Shown here: one piece after another, positions 16,715 to 24,714 of the stretch
Numbering within the stretch: the stretch's first letter is position 1
How the letters are laid out: every line of letters starts with the position of its first letter
NCBI RefSeq assembly: GCF_000017845.1
Contig: NC_010546.1
Location: 3,791,019-3,823,018, forward strand
Length of the DNA: 32,000 nucleotides
Direction of reading: 5' to 3'
Origin: Crocosphaera subtropica ATCC 51142
GTDB lineage: Bacteria > Cyanobacteriota > Cyanobacteriia > Cyanobacteriales > Microcystaceae
Translations under genes and position numbers: made by a program
The notes under the pieces: model-generated
The model's input: the letters and a program-made list of their open reading frames with translations, nothing else
What the model was told of the DNA's origin: nothing
The model's database searches: none

Positions 16715-17485
16715 ATGTTGTTACATATTCATTCTTTTGTCAATCATCAAGAACAACAACCCGATACTTTTTGGCATTCTTTGAATGTTCAAGCACGGCT
16801 TTTATGTGTGTTTATCGGTGTTTTTGCTATCGCCTTAACTCCTAATGGACAATGGAAAACTTGGGGAATTTATGGGGTTGGAGTATTATTTGTGATCTTG
16901 ATTAGTCGAGTTTCTTGGCTTACTTTATTATCGAGAGTTATCATTGAATTTTCTTTTGTGGGAGTAGTATTATTGGGTACTCTATTTCGTCCTGAAGGGG
17001 ATGTTATTTGGTCTTGGTGGATACTACAAATTACCACCACTGGAATCATGGTCTTAGGCAGTGTAACGACTAAGGTAATATTGTCTTTATTGATGTTAAA
17101 TACCTTAATTCTTACCACAGAAATTCCTGATTTATTTAAAGCATTATTAGCGTTAAAAATGCCCCCTTTATTAGTAGCAATTATGGCTTCTATGTATCGC
17201 TATATAGATGTATTAAATCGAGAATTTACCGCAATGAAACGAGCGGCGATTTCTCGAAATCTAATGAGTAATGGTAAAATGATTCGTTATGTTATGGGAA
17301 ATGCGATCGGTTCTTTATTTATTCGTAGTTATGAACGAGGAGAATTGATTTATCAGGCAATGTTATCAAGGGGATATCAAGGGGTTCCTGTGATTCCCGA
17401 AAAAATATGTTACAAAAATAAGGATATTGTAGCTCTAATTATTACAGGAATCATAGTTGTTTGGGGTCAGATAATTTATTTTTAA
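16715..17485 (+). CDS. cbiQ: ECF transporter transmembrane (T) component CbiQ/EcfT
   Basis: Multi-TM protein with the C-terminal coupling-helix region MKRAAISRN ... AMLSRGY (Ala/Ser-Arg-Gly type motifs). Gene order follows cbiM and its partner. Confidence 0.82.
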   Translation: MLLHIHSFVNHQEQQPDTFWHSLNVQARLLCVFIGVFAIALTPNGQWKTWGIYGVGVLFVILISRVSWLTLLSRVIIEFSFVGVVLLGTLFRPEGDVIWSWWILQITTTGIMVLGSVTTKVILSLLMLNTLILTTEIPDLFKALLALKMPPLLVAIMASMYRYIDVLNREFTAMKRAAISRNLMSNGKMIRYVMGNAIGSLFIRSYERGELIYQAMLSRGYQGVPVIPEKICYKNKDIVALIITGIIVVWGQIIYF

Positions 17486-17489
17486 TTAG

Positions 17490-18230
17490 ATGAATAGGAA
17501 AAAAATATGGCGTTTAATTCCCCCAATTAAAGCGTCAGGAAATATACATATGGCTATTGATAACTGGTTATTTCAACAACATGAAAAGGGCTTAAGTCTT
17601 CCAACTTTACGCTTTTATACTTGGTCAAAACCGACCATTTCTTTAGGATATTTACAAAAAAATTATCCTGACCCTTGGAACCATTTAACCTGGAAAAAAG
17701 AAGCGTTAGATATCGTGATTCGTCCCACAGGAGGCAGGGCGGTTTTACATCAAGGAGATTTAACTTATATGGTGATTATGTCTTTAGATAATCGGAAGAC
17801 TTTGGCCATTTATCAAGATATTTGTAACTTTTTAATTGAAGGTTGGAAAAAATTAGGAATTCCTCTCAGATATGGCACAGCCAAACGGGGATATATTCAT
17901 AATGCTAGTTGCTTTAATACTGCCACGATAGCAGACTTAATAACAACAGATGGTAGTAAATTAATTGGTAGCGCACAAAAACGAGGAAAAAAGTCGGTTT
18001 TGCAACATGGTTCTATGGTTTTGTTCACTGACAAAGCTTTATTTGAAATGATTTTTAATCAAGTTGCCCCTTGGAATTTAACATTAACAGAACAATTATC
18101 TAAAGATTATTCTATCGATAATACTATTGAGGTTTTGACTCAAGCTGCGCAAGAAAAGTTTAACATAGAATTCAAGACACAACCTTTATCAGAAGAAGAA
18201 TGGCAAGAAATTTTGAGCATTAATAGTTAA
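17490..18230 (+). CDS. biotin/lipoate A/B protein ligase family protein (LplA/LipM-like catalytic domain only)
   Basis: RPTGGRAVLHQGDLTY and KLIGSAQKR (conserved lysine motif) of the BPL_LplA_LipB catalytic domain. At 246 aa there is no LplA C-terminal accessory domain. The ATG lies 4 nt after the cbiQ stop. Confidence 0.78.
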   Translation: MNRKKIWRLIPPIKASGNIHMAIDNWLFQQHEKGLSLPTLRFYTWSKPTISLGYLQKNYPDPWNHLTWKKEALDIVIRPTGGRAVLHQGDLTYMVIMSLDNRKTLAIYQDICNFLIEGWKKLGIPLRYGTAKRGYIHNASCFNTATIADLITTDGSKLIGSAQKRGKKSVLQHGSMVLFTDKALFEMIFNQVAPWNLTLTEQLSKDYSIDNTIEVLTQAAQEKFNIEFKTQPLSEEEWQEILSINS

Positions 18231-18250
18231 TAATAGAGGAGTAAAAATTA

Positions 18251-18745
18251 GTGTCTAATCAACATGAATCTCAATTATCTCATCTTAATGAGACAGGAGA
18301 AGCGCAAATGGTGGACGTTTCTTCTAAAAAAGTAACTCGTCGTCAAGCAGTTGCTAGGGGACAAATCAGAATGAAACGAGAAACATTTGAGGCAATAAAA
18401 ACAGGAAATTCGCCAAAAGGTGATGTTTTAGGGACAGCCAAAATAGCTGGTATTATGGCAGCCAAACAAACAGCTAACTTGATCCCATTATGTCATCCTT
18501 TACCCTTACAAAAAATAGAGGTAAACATAATAGGAGACGAAACCTTACCCGGTTATCAAATAGAAGCAACCGTTATCACCAAAGCAGAAACAGGGGTAGA
18601 AATGGAAGCTTTAACTGCCGTTTCTATTGCTGCTTTAACCCTTTATGATATGGCTAAAGCGTTAGAAAAATCGATAAAAATTGAAAATATACGGTTAATG
18701 AGTAAAACAGGAGGAAAATCTGCGGATTATCAATCAAGAATTTAG
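18251..18745 (+). CDS. moaC: cyclic pyranopterin monophosphate synthase MoaC
   Basis: [26 protein letters not shown] and [23 protein letters not shown] are MoaC signatures. GTG start with AGGAG (18237-18241) 9 nt upstream. Confidence 0.92.
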   Translation: MSNQHESQLSHLNETGEAQMVDVSSKKVTRRQAVARGQIRMKRETFEAIKTGNSPKGDVLGTAKIAGIMAAKQTANLIPLCHPLPLQKIEVNIIGDETLPGYQIEATVITKAETGVEMEALTAVSIAALTLYDMAKALEKSIKIENIRLMSKTGGKSADYQSRI

Positions 18746-18785
18746 AATTTAGAATGATTTGGGTTTAATCACACTCTTTAAATGC

Positions 18786-19052
18786 TTAGTTTTCCTGAGT
18801 TAAAAGAGGATCTAACTTATTGTGTTGATCGAGGGAATATAAATCATCACATCCTCCAATATGTTTATTATTGATAAAAATTTGAGGAACCGTTCGTCGT
18901 CCCTGGGAACGTTGTGCCATTTTTTCCCTAGCGGTTTCATCTCCATCGATTTTATACTCAGTAAAATCAACCCCTTTCCACCATAAAAGTAATTTAGCAC
19001 GGATACAAAACGGACAGGTTTGCCAAGTATAGATTTCTACATCCGCTTTCAT
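18786..19052 (-). CDS. grxC: glutaredoxin 3 (CPFC dithiol type)
   Basis: VEIYTWQTCPFCIRAK active site, TVPQIFI and GGCDD motifs. Start at Met16 of the track ORF (ATG 19052-19050) gives the usual ~88 aa. The longer start at 19097 is possible. Confidence 0.9.
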   Translation of the reverse strand: MKADVEIYTWQTCPFCIRAKLLLWWKGVDFTEYKIDGDETAREKMAQRSQGRRTVPQIFINNKHIGGCDDLYSLDQHNKLDPLLTQEN

Positions 19053-19264
19053 CTTTTCTGGATGACGACCCAATAAAGAATTAAAAATATTAAACATAGG
19101 AACCTTTGATGTTTTTACCTTTATTATTATAAAAGACTAAATAGGTCTGAGGGGAACAGGGGATATCAAGGTTTTTAACCTTTGTCTGTTATGAGTTACC
19201 TATTACCTCATTCTCGAAAAGGGTTAGCTGATCTACAAAAGAAATGCTATAAAGGGCATAATAG

Positions 19265-19921
19265 ATGATACAAAGAAATTCACATAATTTGAAAATTAAC
19301 TGGGGAAAGGTTGTGGACTGTTGTGGGTTATCGTCGTTGATGGGTGATAGTTCGGAGTTGGAGAACAATACCTCCTATACCGTTTCTGTTACTATTAGAG
19401 AGGCTCAATTACAGGATATTAAAGCCTTAACTGAGGTTCTCACCCTTAGCTTTCATCCTCCCAAAGGGTGGCTATCTTTCTTTCAACCTATTTTAAAATT
19501 AGGGGTTTATGAAGATTTGCGATCGCGTCTCCGGGGAACCATTCCCTATTATTGTTGTTTTGTTGCGGTAGAAAAAACTTCAACTCTTACTAAAACCACA
19601 GAAAAAGTGATTGGAACTATTGAACTAAGTCTTAAAAGTGGATTCAATTGCCATTATCTTTATATCAGTAACTTAGCAGTGATTCAAAGCCATCGACGAC
19701 AAGGAATTGCTAAACAGTTACTACAACAATGTGAAGAAATTGCCTCAAAATGGGGATATGATACCCTAAATCTTCATGTCTTGGATAACAATTATCCTGC
19801 TAAAAAATTATATTTAAGTAACGGTTATCAAGTATCCGAAACTGAAGTCACTTGGCCGAATTGGCTGTTATTTCGTTCGCAAAGACTGTTCTTAAAAAAA
19901 CAGATAAAAACCCATGACTAA
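19265..19921 (+). CDS. GNAT family N-acetyltransferase
   Basis: Acetyl-CoA binding motif HRRQGIAKQLLQQ, followed by LNLHVLDNNYPAKKLYLSNGY. The true start may be the internal Met26 (ATG 19340). Confidence 0.8.
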   Translation: MIQRNSHNLKINWGKVVDCCGLSSLMGDSSELENNTSYTVSVTIREAQLQDIKALTEVLTLSFHPPKGWLSFFQPILKLGVYEDLRSRLRGTIPYYCCFVAVEKTSTLTKTTEKVIGTIELSLKSGFNCHYLYISNLAVIQSHRRQGIAKQLLQQCEEIASKWGYDTLNLHVLDNNYPAKKLYLSNGYQVSETEVTWPNWLLFRSQRLFLKKQIKTHD

Positions 19922-20396
19922 TAACGTTTTTAACCAGGCAATAATTTCACAGAAACAACAACAAATCAATGAAATTTTGCAAAACTTGCATGATAAACAA
20001 CTTTTGATTATTAACCCTCGTCGTAAAAATGGTTTAATTCTTTATAAACCGTATCATGCAGAATTTGCTGGTCCTGGGGCAGCGATTGGGGCTAATTTTG
20101 ATCATGATGTTCTTGATGTTCTTCCTGTGGGTAAATTATCCTTAATGAAACCGAGAACTTCTCAAGAACGGATTAATAGTTATTTAATTCGGCGACAATG
20201 GGTCAAATTGGCTAAACAAATTAGTGATAATACTATTCCTCAACAAAGGGCCCAGGTAATTTTAAATCAGTTTGAACATTGGTTTGATCTTGAAACAGCT
20301 AATCTTTTACCCAATGAAACCTTTGCTTTATTAGTGGGGGTACTCCCGCAAACCATGAAAAAAGTCCGCACCCAAAGCGAACTTCTGTTGCAATAA
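19914..20396 (+). CDS. hypothetical protein, possible C-terminal HTH
   Basis: 160-aa ORF whose ATG overlaps the GNAT stop (ATGACTAA, 8-nt overlap). The C-terminal NETFALLVGVLPQTMKKVR has a weak helix-turn-helix-like pattern by eye. No family recognised. Confidence 0.6.
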   Translation: MTNNVFNQAIISQKQQQINEILQNLHDKQLLIINPRRKNGLILYKPYHAEFAGPGAAIGANFDHDVLDVLPVGKLSLMKPRTSQERINSYLIRRQWVKLAKQISDNTIPQQRAQVILNQFEHWFDLETANLLPNETFALLVGVLPQTMKKVRTQSELLLQ

Positions 20397-20473
20397 CTTT
20401 TCAAGGAAAATTAAGATTTCCTTCTGAACTTCCCTCTTATGATGAGATTAGGTGAAAATAAGGATGAATTTTC

Positions 20474-21127
20474 ATGGAACTCTTACCCTCAGAAATTCTG
20501 GCAACCAATAAATTTGATCAATGTGTTCTTAGTCTTGCCCTGATTAATATTTGTAATCAAGACAGTTATGTGGGTAAAGCCATGAAACAGCGTTACAATG
20601 CTTGGAAATCGGAAACCGATGATCCGATTAATAATCCTTGGTTAGACTTGCATCAATTCACCATTTATGTGCCTCACCCTGATCAAACCTACGAAGAGGT
20701 GACCTTAGAAGAAGGGCTGACATTAGGTTATAACATTGAGGTTGAACCCATTGTTGATCATGACAGCATTCCCTACAATATCCCAGAGGGAGGTCACTTC
20801 ATCGCTGTTTTGAAACAAAATAAGGTCAACGGAGAATTTAGGATTGCAGCTACCGGAATGTTGATTCAGCCTTTAGCTGCTTTTAGTCTGGATATTGTCA
20901 CCGATCCCGATGAGGGTAAATACGAATCTATGGTGGTTAAACATCCCATTATTCGAGATTATCCCCAAGATTTTGTACAACAAATTAGTCAATATCTCAA
21001 TCAAGAAATTCATTTTAAACAACTTCCGAATTTAGTCGGATATGTTGATCAAAGCCAAAACCCCGATTATCGTCAACCCTCTTGGCAAGAAATTTATTTA
21101 GAAGGTCAGGGGTTAAAATTATTTTAA
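20474..21127 (+). CDS. hypothetical acidic cytoplasmic protein
   Basis: 217-aa ORF, same strand, 77 nt downstream of the previous gene. No signal peptide, TM segment or recognisable motif. Confidence 0.6.
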   Translation: MELLPSEILATNKFDQCVLSLALINICNQDSYVGKAMKQRYNAWKSETDDPINNPWLDLHQFTIYVPHPDQTYEEVTLEEGLTLGYNIEVEPIVDHDSIPYNIPEGGHFIAVLKQNKVNGEFRIAATGMLIQPLAAFSLDIVTDPDEGKYESMVVKHPIIRDYPQDFVQQISQYLNQEIHFKQLPNLVGYVDQSQNPDYRQPSWQEIYLEGQGLKLF

Positions 21128-21292
21128 ATACATAAAAATTCTTAAGTTTTTGGGTTAGACGTTGGGTTGTTATTGGCAACTTCTAATATTACTCATATCA
21201 GTTTATTTAAGATTTATCATGCTATTTACATTTACTATTATGAAATGAAGGATCAAGTGTTGTATTACGTCAATTCACTAATCTCTAATTAC

Positions 21293-22825
21293 TCAAAATG
21301 ATTCATTCATTTTATAGAGATGAATAATTTTATTAACCACGTCTTCAATGGTTAAGCCATCGGTGTTTAGTTCCATCGCATCACTGGCTTGACGAAGAGG
21401 GGCTAAAGTGCGATGACTATCTTGATAATCCCTTTGTTCAATATCCCGTTCTAATTGTTGAATATCGATATTATCTTGTCCTTGAGCCTGGAAATCTATT
21501 AATCGTCGTCTTGCCCGTTCTTGGACTGAGGCCGTTAGGAAAATTTTAACGTCTGCATCAGGAAAAACATTAGTACCAATATCTCGCCCTTCGGCCACAA
21601 TACCCCCCAATTTCCCTAATTCCTGTTGATAACTGACCAATTTCTGACGAACCACAGGATAAGCAGAAATAGGAGACACTAAGGCGGTAACTTGGGGGGT
21701 GCGAATGGCGTGAGTTACATTTTCTCCATTGATAATGATTTGTGGCGGTTGGTCATTGGAGGGGAAAATAAATTCTAGATCCGCTTGGGAGACTAATTCT
21801 GCGATCGCACTTTCATCTTCTACGGGGATTCCTGATTTTAATACTAACCAAGCGATGCCCCGATACATGGCCCCTGTATCTAAATAGGTTAAATTTAAGG
21901 CTTTAGCCACTTGACGAGTCACCGTAGATTTTCCGGCACCGGCTGGCCCATCAATGGCGATAATGGGTTTTCGTACTCGTAAGATCACATTATCAATCAG
22001 TCGAGTTGACCCTACATAAGCTGCGATCGCTAATAACCCTGCTTCTTCAATACTATCTAAAGGTTGTAGGGTTTGAGGATGGACACACTCAACATATTGA
22101 AGAGTGATACCAGAATAAGAGATTATTTTTTCAGTGACACAAGCCGTTAAAACGTTCGTTTGTCTTTCTCCAGCCATAAACACTTGTTTAGCTGCTTGTA
22201 ACCCTTGGTATAAAGCGATGGCTTCTTTTTTTTGTTCCTCTGAAAGATATTGATTACGAGAACTGTAAGCCAGTCCAGAGGGTTCACGAATAATAGGACA
22301 GCCTTTAATTGTTACTGGTAAGTTTAAATCCTTTACTACTTGACGAATAATGGCCAACTGTTGTGCGTCTTTTTCCCCAAAATAAGCCACATTGGGGCTA
22401 ACGATATTCAATAGTTTGGTCACGATGGTGGCCACTCCTTGAAAATGGCCAGGTCGAAACGGTCCACACAGAGATGAGATCATGGCTGGAGGTGGTATCA
22501 CTTGAGTGGGTGGCTCAAAGGTCTTATCAATACCCATTTCTTCAGAGCTTGGAGCAAAAACCGCCGTCACGCCCGATTCCTGGCACAGTTGAACATCTGT
22601 TTCGAGTTGACGAGGATACTTGTCTAAATCTTCGTGAGGGGAAAATTGTAGGGGGTTTACAAAAATGCTCACCACTACCACATCTGCCTCAGACATACCA
22701 CGACGAATGAGACTGAGATGACCTTTATGTAGGGCTCCCATGGTAGGGACTAAGGCAATAGTTTGCTTATCCCTCATCGAAGCTAAGTAGGTACGTAACC
22801 CGGCCACAGTTTTAAACAGACGCAT
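21293..22825 (-). CDS. panC/cmk: bifunctional pantoate--beta-alanine ligase / (d)CMP kinase
   Basis: N-terminal PanC (PTMGALHKGHLSL, YFGEKDAQQL) is fused in frame to C-terminal cytidylate kinase (IAIDGPAGAGKST P-loop, LDTGAMYR). This fusion is known in cyanobacteria. Confidence 0.93.
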   Translation of the reverse strand: MRLFKTVAGLRTYLASMRDKQTIALVPTMGALHKGHLSLIRRGMSEADVVVVSIFVNPLQFSPHEDLDKYPRQLETDVQLCQESGVTAVFAPSSEEMGIDKTFEPPTQVIPPPAMISSLCGPFRPGHFQGVATIVTKLLNIVSPNVAYFGEKDAQQLAIIRQVVKDLNLPVTIKGCPIIREPSGLAYSSRNQYLSEEQKKEAIALYQGLQAAKQVFMAGERQTNVLTACVTEKIISYSGITLQYVECVHPQTLQPLDSIEEAGLLAIAAYVGSTRLIDNVILRVRKPIIAIDGPAGAGKSTVTRQVAKALNLTYLDTGAMYRGIAWLVLKSGIPVEDESAIAELVSQADLEFIFPSNDQPPQIIINGENVTHAIRTPQVTALVSPISAYPVVRQKLVSYQQELGKLGGIVAEGRDIGTNVFPDADVKIFLTASVQERARRRLIDFQAQGQDNIDIQQLERDIEQRDYQDSHRTLAPLRQASDAMELNTDGLTIEDVVNKIIHLYKMNESF

Positions 22826-22860
22826 TTTTTTACGATTAAAAGAGGCAGGAGTTGGAACAT

Positions 22861-22906
22861 AGGAGGCAGAAGAGAAAATGTTTAGTTTAAAGTCTTCTTG
22901 CCTCCT
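22861..22906 (-). terminator. hairpin in the rlpA - panC/cmk spacer (terminator or processing-site candidate)
   Basis: AGGAGGCAGAAGA (22861-22873) pairs with TCTTCTTGCCTCCT (22893-22906) as 8+5 bp with a 1-nt bulge and a 19-nt loop. No immediate U-tract on the minus strand. Confidence 0.35.
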
Positions 22907-22917
22907 GTCAAGGACTG

Positions 22918-23991
22918 TTAACGTCCCAAAATTTCCAATTGTACTGGAGCCACACCACTATTTAGTAAACCAATAACATTAGCTGCTCCTTTGGATAAGT
23001 CTATCACTCGACCGTGGATGTAGGGGCCGCGATCATTGATACGGACGATGACAGAACGACCATTATGGAGATTGGTAACTCGGACTTGAGTCCCAAAAGG
23101 TAGGCTTTTGTGGGCCGCAGTTAGACCGTTTTGATTGTACCGTTCTCCATTGGCGGTTAAACGGCCATGAAATCCTGGTCCATACCAAGAAGCCATCCCT
23201 TTACGACGACTGGTGACAGGGCGAACACTGGCTAAACCTGACTCTTGCTCAGGAGTTTGATTGGGGTTAACAATGGCGGTTAAAGGGGATGCATCTCCCA
23301 TGAGTCGCCGTAAGCGGTTAGTGGCTTGTAAAGCGTCAACCGCTTCATTGCGAGTGGTATCGGGTAAGATAACTCCTTTATCGAGTTTGATTAATTCTTC
23401 AGACTTTAATTTAATACTATGGGTTTGATCGGAATTTAAGCTAACAGTTAGGTTTTCTGCTTTAAAAGTATTATCTTGATTGAGTTGATTTAAGCGTTGA
23501 GCGAAGGCTTTAGCACGATCAAGGGCTTCGCTTTCGATCTGGGTAGGATCGATGTCATCTCCCTGTTCTTTTAGGGCTGCTAGGTCTGCTTTTGACCCTA
23601 GGAACGTTAAGACTGGAATCTGACGAATTTTTAATGTGACTGCCAGTTGATACTTCCATTGATGGAGATGGAGTTTTGCAATTTCCTTTGAGGCAGCTTG
23701 ATCACCGACATCGGTTTTGATCGGTCCTAAACTGACAACATTCTTTGTCTGGAAATCGGAACTTTCTTGGGCAATAAGCGTCCCTATTCCTAACATTTCT
23801 CCTAATTTCTCCACTTTTCCACTGGTATCAGATGCTTCTGAACCCTGTAGAGAAGTGCCGATGAGGGCCGTAGTTCCTACAGTGGTCATTAAGGCAGTTG
23901 TTAGTCCGGTCCAAAATTTCTTATTCATAGATCCCTTGTTAAGTGAGTTGTTCAACCCCTGGAAATTCTTTTGATTCAATGGATTTTCCAA
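22918..23991 (-). CDS. rlpA: septal ring lytic transglycosylase RlpA family protein (DPBB domain)
   Basis: C-terminal GMASWYGPGFHGRLTANGERYNQNGLTAAHKSLPFGTQVRVTNLHNGRSVIVRINDRGPY is the RlpA double-psi beta-barrel signature. The more likely start is Met22 (ATG 23928-23926, MNKKFWTGL... signal peptide). Confidence 0.85.
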   Translation of the reverse strand: MENPLNQKNFQGLNNSLNKGSMNKKFWTGLTTALMTTVGTTALIGTSLQGSEASDTSGKVEKLGEMLGIGTLIAQESSDFQTKNVVSLGPIKTDVGDQAASKEIAKLHLHQWKYQLAVTLKIRQIPVLTFLGSKADLAALKEQGDDIDPTQIESEALDRAKAFAQRLNQLNQDNTFKAENLTVSLNSDQTHSIKLKSEELIKLDKGVILPDTTRNEAVDALQATNRLRRLMGDASPLTAIVNPNQTPEQESGLASVRPVTSRRKGMASWYGPGFHGRLTANGERYNQNGLTAAHKSLPFGTQVRVTNLHNGRSVIVRINDRGPYIHGRVIDLSKGAANVIGLLNSGVAPVQLEILGR

Positions 23992-24424
23992 CTTTGACTC
24001 CTCACAGAACTGCGTTTTACATTTCTTAAACCTTTACACAGTAGCACGAATTTTTAGGGGGGTGTCCTCTTCCTGATAATCATTCGGAATGGTTTTCATT
24101 GAATCTTTAAATAAAGGTTTACAGGAAAAAGGAGATAGATTACGATAGTAAATTTGCTTAAATCCAGTCAGAAACGATCCGTGGAACTGTTGTGATCTAG
24201 TTAACAATTAAGAAACACTTAACCTGGCAATCTGTGATCCCACAAGAGACTTAACCTTGTAACATCTAAAATGACATTAGGGTCAATTTTCAGTATTTAT
24301 ACGGACAAATTAGTGTGACATTTTAAACATCGTAACCCTGAAAACCCTAAAAATTGTGATCGTTTTTGAGTATTTATATCAGATTTTTAAATAATGTCTT
24401 GACAAACAACAACAATTGAGTAAC

Positions 24425-24456
24425 CCGGTTGTCAGGATTGTCATCCTGACAACCGG
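24425..24456. promoter_or_regulatory. perfect palindrome CCGGTTGTCAGGAT-TGTC-ATCCTGACAACCGG (candidate operator or RNA hairpin)
   Basis: 14-bp arms at 24425-24438 and 24443-24456, perfectly complementary, with a 4-nt spacer. GC-rich relative to its surroundings. No U-tract on either strand. The right arm contains CTGACA (24446-24451), 18 bp upstream of TACAGT (24470-24475). The ATG of the next gene is at 24505. Confidence 0.4.
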
Positions 24457-24504
24457 CCGTAGGATAGATTACAGTAGAGTCATAAACCCTTTTGGATTTA
24501 CATC

Positions 24505-24711
24505 ATGTTAGCGATCGCCATCAGTTATTATTGGGTTATTGCCTTAATTGTCTTTTGTATGTGGTTTAAGGTATTTTGGGCTGATGAGACAACGGCTAAA
24601 AATGATTTATCTTCTTGGCTCGTTCTTATTGTTGGTGCTAGTTTCTGGGTCGTCGTACTTCCTTTTGCTAACTTAGAATTAGTGTTAAAAGCTTATTCGA
24701 TCAATAATTAA
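24505..24711 (+). CDS. hypothetical small membrane protein (2 TM)
   Basis: 68-aa ORF with two hydrophobic helices (AISYYWVIALIVFCMWFKVFW and WLVLIVGASFWVVVLPF). The stop is 3 nt before the tocopherol cyclase GTG. Confidence 0.5.
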   Translation: MLAIAISYYWVIALIVFCMWFKVFWADETTAKNDLSSWLVLIVGASFWVVVLPFANLELVLKAYSINN

Positions 24712-24714
24712 GCA

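Noticed and set aside
24191-24206. CRP/SyCRP-like site TGTGA-TCTAGT-TAACA in the rlpA / tocopherol-cyclase spacer, and two other TGTGATC occurrences nearby.
   Set aside because: The right half-site is imperfect (TAACA versus TCACA). The other two lack a second half-site. One-mismatch hits are common by chance.
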